DNA of 64,000 nt from Phycisphaerae bacterium (GTDB lineage Bacteria; Planctomycetota; Phycisphaerae; SM23-33), in contig JAFGJE010000233.1 of the NCBI GenBank assembly GCA_016929245.1, forward strand, positions 1,883 through 65,882, read 5' to 3'. Each line of letters starts with the position of its first letter. The stretch's first letter is position 1. The notes under the pieces are model-generated. The model saw only the letters and a program-made list of their open reading frames with translations. It had not been told where the DNA came from and ran no database searches. Positions 20,240-30,381 of the stretch are shown here, piece after piece. Position numbers and translations under genes: made by a program.

Positions 20240-20537
20240 CATTCCATGTGATTTTGATATCCCGTGATATAGCAAATCGCTATGAACGCTCAGGAAGCAA
20301 CGATTGATTCCGTCAACCTTAACGCCCTTTCCTCCCCGGTTCTTTTTCGAGACGACGCCACGACGGCGTATCGGGATCGACGGCGGTGCTGTTTCGTTCT
20401 CCTTCCAACGAAGTCGGTGCACCGATCCGCGATCCTGGCGTGACGAAGGCGTTCTTACCCTGGGGCGGACGTCCTGTCCTGGAGCGATGAACTCTAAATC
20501 TGGTCCTGGCCGACGGCGGAATAATACGCGTTTCCGT

Positions 20538-22280
20538 TCACGCCAGCACGGCTTGGAGCGCCTGTGAGACCGACGCCAGCTCGAAGGGTTTCTGGAGATA
20601 CCCCGCGAGGGCGGCATCGGAGAACCGTTCAGCCGCGACTTCCCGGCTGTATCCGGAACACAGGATCACGCGCGCATCGGGCCTGACGTTCCGCAAGGCT
20701 TCCAGCGTGTCCTGTCCGTCCATCGCCGGCATGGACATATCCAGCAGGACGGCGAGAATTTCGTCTTTCCGTCGCGCGAATTGCTCCAGCGCTTCCGGGC
20801 CGTTGTTCGCGAGGATGGTGTCGAAGCCCAGCCGCTGGAGCATCATGTCGGCTACCCCCAACACGGACGGTTCATCGTCCACGACCATCACGAGTCCCCG
20901 TCCTTTCCATAATGTCGCTTTCCCGTTGGTGTCTTCGCGGGGAGTTTCCACCTTGTCGTCGCAAGCGGGCAGATACAGACGGAAGGAGGTTCCCACCCCC
21001 GGTGAGCTTTGAACCCGGATCGCGCCTTTATGGGCGCGAACGATTCCCAGGACGGCCGAGAGACCTAATCCCCGCCCCGTGAATTTCGTCGTGAAAAACG
21101 GTTCAAACATTTTCGTGAGGGTATCCGCGTCCATCCCAATACCCGTATCGGAAACCTCCAGCGTGACGTATTGTCCCTCATCCAGGTGTTCGCCGAGATA
21201 CATCTGGTGAATTTCTTCTCGCGAAAGGTCTTCGACATCGGTGCGAATATGGATGAAACCGGAGTTGTTTCCGACGGCTTCGGAGGCGTTGGTGATCAGA
21301 TTCATCAGCACCTGGCGGAGTTGCGTCATGTCGGCGCGGACGGCGGGAAGACGGTTCGTCAACTGATACCGCAACTGGGCCTTTCGCGTGACGCTGGTCC
21401 ACAGCAGCGAGGCCGTCTCGGAAATGAGTTTGTTCAGGTGAACCGGCTGAATATGGAACTGGGCTTTTCCGGCGTAAGCGAGCATCTGCTTGGTCAGTTC
21501 CGTCGCGCGAAGGGCGCAATTTCGGATGGACTCGACGCACTCCCGGGTGGGGGTCGTTTCGGGCAGGTCCCGCAGCGCCAGATCGGCGTTGCCCAGCACG
21601 CCCACGAGAAGATTGTTGAAGTCGTGCGCGATCCCGCCGGCCAACACCCCCAGACTCTGGAGTTTTTCCGTGTCCCGGAGATGTTCTTCGAACAGTTCCC
21701 GTTCCTGTTCATCCCGTTTTCGCTCGGTGATGTCCGAACCGACGCCGCACAATCCGATCGGGTTGCCCCTTTCATCGCGCATGATCCAGGTGTGACAATC
21801 GACGAATTTCTCCTGGCCGTCGGAACAACGATTCACCACCTCGCCGTGCCACGTGCCTTTGTCCAGCGTCTCCCGAATCATTTCCTTCTGCGTGGCGCCG
21901 CGAGACGGATCGCAGCCGTAGATGTCCACCGTCTTGCCGATCAATTCTTCGCGCGCGTATTTGAAAAACTCCACGGCGGCGTCGTTGACATAGGTGATGC
22001 GTCCCTCGAGATCCGTCGCCGTGATGGTGTCCCGGATGTGGTTGAGGATCAAGGACTGCAGGCGGAGTTTTTCGTCGGCATCGTGAAGTTCCCGCGTGAG
22101 ACGCTGAAGCGCTTCCCGCACGTTCCTCGGGGGGGAACCGATCTTGTGGAACGTTTCGTCCAGAACATCCAGAAAGGATGGGGATGGACTGTGGTTCCGT
22201 TCCGCGTCCTCCGTGAACAACGCCGTCGCGTACTCATCCGATGAGTGGCGACTCCGGGCGGAGGATTCCTCAATCGCCAT
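20538..22280 (-). CDS. hybrid sensor histidine kinase / response regulator (PAS - HisKA - HATPase_c - REC)
   Basis: PAS region ...AVEFFKYAREELIGKTVDIYG.... H-box GIAHDFNNLL. G-boxes ...DTGIGMD...GRGLGLSAV.... C-terminal receiver ...VMVVDDEP...LLDMSMPAMDG.... Confidence 0.9.
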   Translation of the reverse strand: MAIEESSARSRHSSDEYATALFTEDAERNHSPSPSFLDVLDETFHKIGSPPRNVREALQRLTRELHDADEKLRLQSLILNHIRDTITATDLEGRITYVNDAAVEFFKYAREELIGKTVDIYGCDPSRGATQKEMIRETLDKGTWHGEVVNRCSDGQEKFVDCHTWIMRDERGNPIGLCGVGSDITERKRDEQERELFEEHLRDTEKLQSLGVLAGGIAHDFNNLLVGVLGNADLALRDLPETTPTRECVESIRNCALRATELTKQMLAYAGKAQFHIQPVHLNKLISETASLLWTSVTRKAQLRYQLTNRLPAVRADMTQLRQVLMNLITNASEAVGNNSGFIHIRTDVEDLSREEIHQMYLGEHLDEGQYVTLEVSDTGIGMDADTLTKMFEPFFTTKFTGRGLGLSAVLGIVRAHKGAIRVQSSPGVGTSFRLYLPACDDKVETPREDTNGKATLWKGRGLVMVVDDEPSVLGVADMMLQRLGFDTILANNGPEALEQFARRKDEILAVLLDMSMPAMDGQDTLEALRNVRPDARVILCSGYSREVAAERFSDAALAGYLQKPFELASVSQALQAVLA

Positions 22281-22460
22281 GGGAGCGCCTTTCTAAAAAA
22301 ATATACAAACACCCCCTACGGGGCGAGTCATCACGTCCCCCGATTCAACAGTAATTCTAGGCAACGGGAGAACCGCGAGAAAAGGGAATTCGGAAAGTTT
22401 TTTCCGGCGCGAAGCGCACGGCATGGAATCGGCATGGTAGAAAAAGCGGCGAGGGATCGT

Positions 22461-23894
22461 TCAGCCGTTCTTTTCCTGGATGCGTTTTCGGATCGCTTCC
22501 AGGCGCGCCCGAACGTCCTTGTAATTGAAATCGATCTGCGCGAGACGCGATAATTGTTCCTGGGCCTGCTCGAGTTTACCGAGTTGTTCATAGCATAAAC
22601 CCAGGTTGTATCGAATGTCCTTGGAGCGATCTTCGGAGACGTCGCCCTGGAGAACGCGCTCGAAGGTGTCGATCGCCTCCTGCCACCATTCCTTGCGCAT
22701 GAACGCCTGCCCGAGGTAGTTCATCACCACCACGAACCGGCGCGGATCGCGCTGGGCCTGCTGGAGATATCCGATCGCGTCGTCGTACTCGCCCGCGAGG
22801 AACAGCCGGCGGCCCAGTTCGTATTTCAACGACAGGTCGGTCGGGTAGTTCGTCGCTCGTTCGCGGTATTCCCGCACCTCGAAGGTGAGTTGCTCCCGGG
22901 CGGCCTGGGTGGCGCCGTCCTTGTCGCCGGCGTCCTTGAGTTTGCGAAAGCGCCGGCTCATCTGGCGAATCTTGACGTCGCCGACGCGCATCTTGAACTG
23001 ATACGCTTTGGTGTCCTGGAAGGCCTTGTTCAACACGTCGATCGCCTGGTTCTCGTACGACTCGTCCTCAAATTTCAGCAGCGCATCGACGTAGCCGTTG
23101 ATCTTGCCCGGAACGGTGGGGGCTTCCAGGTAATCCTGTTCGGCTTTGGCGATCTGTTGCCTGAGAAATTCCTCATCCTTCACGAGCATGTCTTTCTGGA
23201 TCAGCTCTTTCTGCTTGTCCAGATCCTTCACGCCCTTGGTGAAGTCCCCCTCGACGCCGTATTGCCCCTTCTGCAGGGTGTACTCCGCGCCCAGGTCACC
23301 CAGGCGGTTTTCGAGTTCCGGATCGTTCGGCGCCGCCGTGAGCGCCAGGTTACAAGCCTGGACGGCCAGGTCGAAATGCTTCGCGCCGGCCATCCCGTCC
23401 ATGATCACCGTGCAGACGCGGCGATTGGGTTTGCGAGCTTTTTTTTGACTTTCCAGCATGATCTCGCCGATCCAGCGGATGACCTCGCGGTTGCCCACTT
23501 CGAGGGCGGATTTGAGGAACATTTCCATCAGCGCCTCCGAACCGGGATCCTTCGCCAGCAGGTAGCCGGCGTTGGCCAGGTTCACGGCGGGTTCTTTTCC
23601 GGGTTTATGCTTGCGACGATCCCCCATTCCCGCGGCTTTTCCGCCCTGCATTTTGCGCTTCAGCGCCACGTCGCGCAGTTTCTTATGGCCTCGCTCCATT
23701 TCATCCGGATCGAGCTTCAATCCCTCGGAATACAACTCGATCGCGAAATCCCAGTTGCCCGTACCGGCCACTTCGTCGGCGCGGTCGAAAAACACCTTGG
23801 CTTTCCTGGCCTTTTTGGCTTGTTCCTCGACCTCCTGGGGATCCAGCCCGTTGGATTCGTCTTCGATTTTGATGTCCTGTTCGCCTTCAGCCAT
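22461..23894 (-). CDS. TPR-repeat protein
   Basis: Start MAEGEQDIKIED... lies at an internal ATG; the first 29 aa of the track ORF are rejected. Multiple TPR-like helical repeats (...WWQEAIDTFERVL..., ...LGLCYEQLGKLEQAQEQL...). Confidence 0.7.
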   Translation of the reverse strand: MAEGEQDIKIEDESNGLDPQEVEEQAKKARKAKVFFDRADEVAGTGNWDFAIELYSEGLKLDPDEMERGHKKLRDVALKRKMQGGKAAGMGDRRKHKPGKEPAVNLANAGYLLAKDPGSEALMEMFLKSALEVGNREVIRWIGEIMLESQKKARKPNRRVCTVIMDGMAGAKHFDLAVQACNLALTAAPNDPELENRLGDLGAEYTLQKGQYGVEGDFTKGVKDLDKQKELIQKDMLVKDEEFLRQQIAKAEQDYLEAPTVPGKINGYVDALLKFEDESYENQAIDVLNKAFQDTKAYQFKMRVGDVKIRQMSRRFRKLKDAGDKDGATQAAREQLTFEVREYRERATNYPTDLSLKYELGRRLFLAGEYDDAIGYLQQAQRDPRRFVVVMNYLGQAFMRKEWWQEAIDTFERVLQGDVSEDRSKDIRYNLGLCYEQLGKLEQAQEQLSRLAQIDFNYKDVRARLEAIRKRIQEKNG

Positions 23895-24105
23895 TGCAGC
23901 GCCTTTATCCTGTCCACGGAACTGACGTTCGACCGGCCGGTCAGAACCGACGCGAGCGTTCTTATCACCACGTTGTCTCAACGACGACGCCTCGATCCAC
24001 AGGCCCGACGCCGTTCCTCAAGAGAATCAATGTACACAACCCGAAGCAAACGAGCAAGGGGTTTAACCGCCGTTGGCGGAAGGGAAATCCATTCGACGGG
24101 GCGAA

Positions 24106-25500
24106 TTACTTCCGGGATTTTCGGATGGGTGTGGGACCGGGCGTGGTGATGGTCTCCGGCGGGACCGTGGGATCCGTCAGGCGCGTGGCGGGAACCGTCG
24201 TTGGATTTGGTTTCGTCGCGGGAGGCGCTGGTGTCGTCGTCGGGGTTTGGACGGGAGGCTTGGGCGCGGGCGAACTATCTTTCGTCACGGTTTTCGGTTC
24301 CGTGAGGGATAAGAATTTCTCCGGCGGGGTGTCCAAGGGAACGGAAAGTTTCACGATGGTTTCGGTGGTTTGGAAGCGCGGGGAAATGATCTCCAGTCCC
24401 TTTCCCGCCAGGTTCGATTGCACCACGGTGGTATATACGTCCGCGCGAACGGGGATTTGTTTTTCCCCCCCCGGGCCGGGAAGCAGCACCTTGCGCTTCA
24501 GACCCTCTCTACCGTCCGTGGCGATGGTATAGTCCAGCGCAGCCACGTCGCCCAAACCTTCCCCGCGAGGTTCGATCAGCAGCGCCTCCACCCGCCAGCC
24601 GAGTCCTTCGATGGGCGTGATCCGAAACCCCGGAAATTCAGGATCAGCCTGGGGAAAATATTCCGGCTTCCAGCCGAGTTTCCGCGCCGCGTCGATCACG
24701 GCGTCGTATTGCTCGCGGGTTCGTAAAACCACACCGCCGGGATACCGAAGGAGCACCAGTTCCTCCGCCTTTTCGGCTGAATCGATCGGCGCAAAGGCGC
24801 CGCCGAAACAAGTCGGCTGCCAAATCTGCCCTTCCGGTTCCGTCAGCACCGTCTCGGGCGACGCCCCGCGCGGAGAGACGCGATAGGCCCGCACATCCCG
24901 CTTCGGTTGCAGATGAACGGTGCGAATCTTCATTCGACGGGCGTCGATGGTGTTGTCCGAGGGATAATCCAGGAGAATGGAATTCAGCACGGGGGAATAG
25001 GCGTTTTGAATGTGTCCCTGATCGTCGGTTGTCAAGACCAGCGGTGTGCGCGTCGGCCAACTCGCGCCGAGGTGTTTTTCAACGGCGTGGTCGAACAGAA
25101 CGCCCATCACCCATACGACGAAGGTTTTCCCGCGCGGGAGGTTTTTGGCGGTTTCCAGTTCTTCGTAATCCACGTCCAGCCGACAGTCCGTCCAGCGCGC
25201 GGGGTGTGGTTTTTCGGGGAGAAACAGGTGATTCCAGCGTTTCATGAACACTTTTCCGTCCGGCCGAATCAGCGGAACCGCCTGACTGAGGCGAAACTCC
25301 ATGTCCAGCGCCACCCAGCGATGCGGCGGTCCTTCCACCTGGAAGGCCGATCGCACGACGACGTACCCCGGTTCGGGCGTGTAGACGTCGTTGCGCAAAT
25401 ATTCCACCGTGACCGGAGGGGGGGTTTTCGCGGGTTCCTCCGCGTGAAGAGGATACCCCGGCGGGAATATCATCAGGATGGCGCAGAGACGAAAGCGCAT
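24106..25500 (-). CDS. secreted hypothetical protein with C-terminal Pro/Thr-rich low-complexity tail
   Basis: AAGGTGA ribosome-binding site then ATG (MRFRLCAILMIFPPGYPLHA, signal peptide). C-terminus ...PKPPVQTPTTTPAPPATKPNPTTVPATRLTDPTVPPETITTPGPTP. Confidence 0.65.
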   Translation of the reverse strand: MRFRLCAILMIFPPGYPLHAEEPAKTPPPVTVEYLRNDVYTPEPGYVVVRSAFQVEGPPHRWVALDMEFRLSQAVPLIRPDGKVFMKRWNHLFLPEKPHPARWTDCRLDVDYEELETAKNLPRGKTFVVWVMGVLFDHAVEKHLGASWPTRTPLVLTTDDQGHIQNAYSPVLNSILLDYPSDNTIDARRMKIRTVHLQPKRDVRAYRVSPRGASPETVLTEPEGQIWQPTCFGGAFAPIDSAEKAEELVLLRYPGGVVLRTREQYDAVIDAARKLGWKPEYFPQADPEFPGFRITPIEGLGWRVEALLIEPRGEGLGDVAALDYTIATDGREGLKRKVLLPGPGGEKQIPVRADVYTTVVQSNLAGKGLEIISPRFQTTETIVKLSVPLDTPPEKFLSLTEPKTVTKDSSPAPKPPVQTPTTTPAPPATKPNPTTVPATRLTDPTVPPETITTPGPTPIRKSRK

Positions 25501-25532
25501 TTTGGAATTCACCTTTCGGAACCCGCGGGTTC

Positions 25533-26792
25533 CTATTCTTCATCGTCTTCGTCGGGGAGCTTCTTGACGCGGAGTTTGGTAATCTTTCGTTCGTCGGCGT
25601 TTTGGATGGTGAATTCCGCGCCCTGGGCGGTGAAGGTTTCTCCCGAATGCGGTATGTACCCCAGTTCCGCGACGGCGAATCCGGCGACCGTGTCGTAATC
25701 CTCGTCCTCGGGCAATTCCAGGTCGAGTTCGTCGTTGAGTTCGTCCACGCGCAGTCGGCCGTCCACTTCCAGCGTGGTTTCGTTAATACGCCGCACCTGC
25801 TGTTCCTCGGCGCGGTCGTACTCGTCGGAAATCTCACCGACGATTTCCTCCAGCACGTCCTCGATACTGACCAGTCCCGCCGTCCCGCCGTATTCGTCCA
25901 GCACGATCGCCAGGTGCACCTTGCGGCTTTTGAATTCGCGCAGCAGATCGTCCAGGGGTTTGGTTTCCGGCACGAAATAGGGTTTCCGAACGAGACTCTC
26001 CAGCGTCGGAGCGTCGTCCTTCCCGACGTGCTGGAGCAGGTCCTTGGCGTAGAGGATGCCGATGATATCGTCGAGATTCTCCCGGTAGACCGGCACGCGC
26101 GTATGGCCGGCCTGGTGGATCTGGGCGGCGGCTTGGGCCCAGGGGGTTTCCGCGGGCAGGGCGAACATATCGGTTCGCGGGGTCATGATCTCCGCGGCGT
26201 CGGTGTCGCCGAATTCCATGACCGATTCGATCATGTCCACCTCGTCGGCGTCGACGGCGCCTTCGGCTTGACCTTCCGAAGCCGCCTGGAGGATTTCCTG
26301 TTTGGCGGCTTCGTCCTCGTCTTTTTCGCGGTGCCCGCTTAAGCGACGGATCGGCACGTCGAACACCCGCATGATCAGGACGACCGGAGAGAAAATGAAT
26401 CGCACCACCAGCAGAATCGGAAGCACCACCGCCAGGATTTTCTCCGCCGCCGCGTCCGCCCAGGCGTGCGGGATCCCCACGCTCAGAACGGCGATAACTC
26501 CCCCTGCCACACCGACGGCGGCGGCAAGATGAGTCCAATCAAGGATATCCTCGCAGAACAGGTGCACCACCGCCGCCACCAGCACCAGGTTCGCCAGGCT
26601 GCGACAGAGCGTCAGCGTCAGGCGCATCGCTTCCAGGTGGGTGTCCAGGCTCGCGAGCCTGCGCTGCTTCCGCCCCGAGCCGAGAAGTTCCTCCAGCCGG
26701 GCGCGGCTGAAGGATCGCAGGGAAAAACTGCTTAACGCAAAAAAGCCCGAAAGAATCGCCGCCGCGACGGCGACCCATAGTGCAGGGTCCAC
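25533..26792 (-). CDS. CNNM/CorC-HlyC family Mg2+/Co2+ transporter (DUF21 - CBS pair - CorC_HlyC)
   Basis: DUF21 TM region ...ILSGFFALSSFSLRSFSRARLEEL.... CBS pair ...AEIMTPRTDMFAL...HTRVPVY.... C-terminal transporter-associated domain. Start set at the GTG preceded by AAGGAG; the ATG 16 codons upstream has no ribosome-binding site. Confidence 0.8.
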   Translation of the reverse strand: MDPALWVAVAAAILSGFFALSSFSLRSFSRARLEELLGSGRKQRRLASLDTHLEAMRLTLTLCRSLANLVLVAAVVHLFCEDILDWTHLAAAVGVAGGVIAVLSVGIPHAWADAAAEKILAVVLPILLVVRFIFSPVVLIMRVFDVPIRRLSGHREKDEDEAAKQEILQAASEGQAEGAVDADEVDMIESVMEFGDTDAAEIMTPRTDMFALPAETPWAQAAAQIHQAGHTRVPVYRENLDDIIGILYAKDLLQHVGKDDAPTLESLVRKPYFVPETKPLDDLLREFKSRKVHLAIVLDEYGGTAGLVSIEDVLEEIVGEISDEYDRAEEQQVRRINETTLEVDGRLRVDELNDELDLELPEDEDYDTVAGFAVAELGYIPHSGETFTAQGAEFTIQNADERKITKLRVKKLPDEDDEE

Positions 26793-26901
26793 GGTATTGG
26801 TACTCCTTAAGTTGTTTATCCTATTGTACGCACAGTACATCGGAGCGAACAGCCCCGCGGAAAGAGAATTTTTTCCGTAAATGTTTCTGATATACGGTGC
26901 G

Positions 26902-28278
26902 TTAAACCGCCGCTTCCGCGACGGCCCGGGCGACGACGGCGTGGGTGGCGGGGTCCATCATTTCCGGAAGTAGATCCTTACCGGTCACCAGGTTCGCCAG
27001 GGCGTGAGAGGCCGCCATCATCATCGCGAAGGTGATTTTTTCCGCTCGAACGTTCATGGCGCCTCGGAAAATTCCCGGATACGCGATGGCGTTGTTCATC
27101 GCCCTGCCGTCCGCGTAAATGGCTGCCCCCGCCTCCAGGGCGTCCGGTTTGGAAATCTCGCTGACGGGATTCGCCAGCGGGAACAGGATGGGCTTCTTTC
27201 CCATCGAACGGACCATGTCCCGCGAGACGATGTTCGGCTGGCTGCACCCGATAAACAGGTCCGCGCCCTTCATCGCGTCGGCGAGGGTTCCGGTGAGATT
27301 TTCTTTGTTGGTTCGTTCGGCCAGGGCGATTTTTTCCTCGTTCAGGCCGTCCCTGCCTCGTGAGACGATCCCTTTCGAGTCGCACAGAATCACGTCGCCG
27401 ATCCCCGCTTCCTGAAGCAGGTCGGTAATCCCCGTGCCCGAAGCGCCCGCGCCGCTGATGGCGCAGCGGATGTTTTCCATTTTCTTACCGACTTTTTTCA
27501 ACGCGCTGTACAATCCCGCCAGGACAATCGTTCCCGTGCCGTGCTGGTCGTCGTGCATCACGGGGATGGGAAGTTTCGCGTCCAGTTCGCGGGTGATTTT
27601 GAAACATTCCGGGGCCTTGACGTCCTCCACCTGGATCGCGCCGAACGTCGGTGCGATTTTCGCGACGGTTTCGATGAACTCGTCCGGATCGTGCGTGTCC
27701 ACAAGAATCGGGACGGCGGAGATTTGCGCGAAGTTATAGAAGATCGCGCTCTTACCTTCCATCACCGGCATGCCGGCGACGTTGCCGATGTCACCCAGAC
27801 CGAGAATCGCCGTTCCGTTGGTGACGATGGCGACGGTGTTGTGGATGTTCGTAAATTCATACGCCAGCTCGGGATCGGCCTGGATGGCTTTGCAGACGCG
27901 CGCCACGCCCGGGGTATAGACGATGCGCAGATCGGTGTTGGACTCGATGGGGGGGGCGACCATCTCACATGCCCCGCCGCGGTGGGCTTCCATCGCCACG
28001 TCGATTACTTCGAGGATTTCAATTCCCTCGATCCCTTCGGCGGCCTTTCTCGCGGCGGCCATCTGATCGTCCCCGGTGGTAAACAGCGTCATGCGGCAGA
28101 TCAGATCGTCGGTGTCCTCGTCGATCTCGTCGACGCCCACGTCCGTGACGCGCGCACCCGTTTCCCGCACCGCGTGGATCAGCGAACCTTTCGGGTCGGC
28201 CTGCCCGATCACGCGAAACACCATCTCGAAAACAATCGGCCTGCCCAGCCGATCCTGCCATGCCTGCAACGATCCCAT
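26902..28278 (-). CDS. NAD(P)-dependent malic enzyme with N-terminal ACT domain
   Basis: ACT-like N-terminus, then malic-enzyme core ...RIVYTPGVARVCKAIQ..., ...GTGTIVLAGLYSALK..., and NAD site ...ISGAGASGTGI.... Confidence 0.9.
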   Translation of the reverse strand: MGSLQAWQDRLGRPIVFEMVFRVIGQADPKGSLIHAVRETGARVTDVGVDEIDEDTDDLICRMTLFTTGDDQMAAARKAAEGIEGIEILEVIDVAMEAHRGGACEMVAPPIESNTDLRIVYTPGVARVCKAIQADPELAYEFTNIHNTVAIVTNGTAILGLGDIGNVAGMPVMEGKSAIFYNFAQISAVPILVDTHDPDEFIETVAKIAPTFGAIQVEDVKAPECFKITRELDAKLPIPVMHDDQHGTGTIVLAGLYSALKKVGKKMENIRCAISGAGASGTGITDLLQEAGIGDVILCDSKGIVSRGRDGLNEEKIALAERTNKENLTGTLADAMKGADLFIGCSQPNIVSRDMVRSMGKKPILFPLANPVSEISKPDALEAGAAIYADGRAMNNAIAYPGIFRGAMNVRAEKITFAMMMAASHALANLVTGKDLLPEMMDPATHAVVARAVAEAAV

Positions 28279-28706
28279 GATCTATATCCTTTCACTGCGT
28301 AGGAAATACAGGCCGACCATTATAGCGATTCCAACGTCGGCGTCCATGGGGCGGTGAAGATGGATGAAAAACGCGTTGATAATGGAAATTGGAGTGTTGT
28401 TTTGACATAATATGTAATATCGATACTTTCGTGACGTTTATCGATATTAGAGCACCCATCAAAAAACAAAGGTTTTGATGACATGTTCGCCCAATAAATA
28501 CTTAAAATACAAGGAGTTAAAAAATTACATTCTTTAACTGTCACGACAGGAAATACGACCATTAGAAGATGGATACGCCCGTCAGCTACTCCGCAACGTC
28601 ATCCGGTGGAATATGTACTCTTCATCACGACATAATGATGATTCGGCGGAAACAAAATTTCTATCAGAGAAAGTCGTAATATCATTTTCGGAGAAAGGAT
28701 TTTGGG

Positions 28707-30218
28707 ATGAAGAATAAGATAAACTATTGGAGTACGATATCCTGGATTCTACTCATGACTACTTTCATTGAAAATTCCGCCTATAGCCAACAGCCCCCCG
28801 TCAAAATCGGCCACTATCACAATTTGTTCGTCGACGACTTTTTTATTTCGTCTATGAGTAACCTCGAGCGGAAGGTACATCAGCCCACCCGGCACGAGAA
28901 GAATCCACTGATCGGCGCCACCGGGCCGTGGGAGGAACTGCCGACCGGGCCATGGGAGGGTGTTCTCTTTCCGGTCATCCAGCGCGATGAAAGAACGGGC
29001 AAGTTTCGTGCGTGGTACGCGGGAGCCTGCAGGTATACCTTACCGTCGGGCGTGTCGGCCCGGTTTCCGGGGTGCTATGCCGAGTCGAATGACGGACTGA
29101 CCTGGGTAAAGCCCAAACTCGGGCTGCATTCCTTCAACGGCTCGAAGGACAATAATATCATCATCCCGGGCGGGAATATCTGGGGCGTCATCGAGGAGCC
29201 CGACGATCCGAATCCGAACCGGCGTTACAAGGCGATGGTGTGGCATGAGCCGAAATACGTGCCCGTCGAAGGATATTTTATCTACACGTCACCCGACGGG
29301 ATTCGCTGGACCCGCGAAACGCCGCTGGATAAACCCGTCATTCGTACCGTCGTCGGTTACAAAATCGACAGCGGCATCGGCGACACCAGTTCGTTCCGTT
29401 GGGATCCGATGTTGGGCAAATACGTGGGCGACGTGAAGCTCTTTCCCGGAAAGAAATTTCGTATCTTCGGACAGATCGAAAGCGACGACTTCGTGAACTG
29501 GACCAAACCGGTTGTCACGATTGAGCCTGACAAATATGACTTGCCGGACACGCAAATCTATCAGCATCGGGGTTTCAACTACGAAGGGCAATGGCTGGGC
29601 CTGGCTCGTATTTATCATGAAGATCTTACTTCCAGTTTCAAACAGACCAACGTCGAGCTGACCAGCAGCAGAGACGGCCGAACCTGGCAGCGCGTCGGAA
29701 CGCGAGGCCTCGGCGAGGGACGGCAGGAGTTCATGTCCGTCACGGACGACGAAATCTGGGACGGGAATTATCACGATCCCTGCCCTCCGATTCGGGTCGG
29801 TGACGAATTATGGATTTTCTATCGCAGCGTGCGACTTGGTAAGGACAAATCGGTCCTGCAATCGTATCATATCGGTTTGGCAACGTTGCGGCTGGACGGA
29901 TTCGTTTCACTCGACGCGGGGGATCAGCCCGGCACGATTACCACCGTACCGCTGGTATACAACGGCGAGGTGTTGACGGTCAACGCCGAGATCGCCGAGA
30001 ACGGCTACCTGAAAGCGGAATTGCAGGACGCCGCGGGGAACGTGTTGGACGGTTACCGCCTGAGCGATTGCAACAAAGTAACCGGTGACGACCTGGCGGC
30101 CCGGGTCGCCTGGAAACACCACGAACGGCTCCCCCAAAACGCGCCGCAAGGCCTGCGCCTGCGATTCGAACTGAAGAACGCTAAGCTCTATTCGTTCCGC
30201 ATTCAAAAATCGCGCTAA
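28707..30218 (+). CDS. secreted putative glycoside hydrolase (beta-propeller fold, GH32/43/130-like) with C-terminal beta-sandwich
   Basis: Signal peptide MKNKINYWSTISWILLMTTFIENSAYS. Repeated W/G-rich blade-like segments. C-terminal ...LRLDGFVSLDAGDQPGTITTVPL...GEVLTVNAE.... Family assignment is tentative. Confidence 0.5.
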   Translation: MKNKINYWSTISWILLMTTFIENSAYSQQPPVKIGHYHNLFVDDFFISSMSNLERKVHQPTRHEKNPLIGATGPWEELPTGPWEGVLFPVIQRDERTGKFRAWYAGACRYTLPSGVSARFPGCYAESNDGLTWVKPKLGLHSFNGSKDNNIIIPGGNIWGVIEEPDDPNPNRRYKAMVWHEPKYVPVEGYFIYTSPDGIRWTRETPLDKPVIRTVVGYKIDSGIGDTSSFRWDPMLGKYVGDVKLFPGKKFRIFGQIESDDFVNWTKPVVTIEPDKYDLPDTQIYQHRGFNYEGQWLGLARIYHEDLTSSFKQTNVELTSSRDGRTWQRVGTRGLGEGRQEFMSVTDDEIWDGNYHDPCPPIRVGDELWIFYRSVRLGKDKSVLQSYHIGLATLRLDGFVSLDAGDQPGTITTVPLVYNGEVLTVNAEIAENGYLKAELQDAAGNVLDGYRLSDCNKVTGDDLAARVAWKHHERLPQNAPQGLRLRFELKNAKLYSFRIQKSR

Positions 30219-30280
30219 ACTTTTCCGGAAAGTCGAATCGTATACGTCGGAAAAACGCGAAACACCCGGTGGATTTATTA

Positions 30281-30332
30281 ACACCGCCAAACGGCAAGCC
30301 GGAACAAGAATCGGCTTGCCGTTTGGCGGTGT
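30281..30332. repeat. conserved palindromic terminator-like element, copy 1 (ACACCGCCAAACGGCAAGCC-N12-GGCTTGCCGTTTGGCGGTGT)
   Basis: Perfect 20-bp inverted repeat with a 12-nt loop. Sits between the convergent hydrolase (+) and purH (-) genes. Confidence 0.6.
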
Positions 30333-30381
30333 TTGAAATACGGGGAACTACCCACTGTGTAATAATGAATATCGCTCTATA

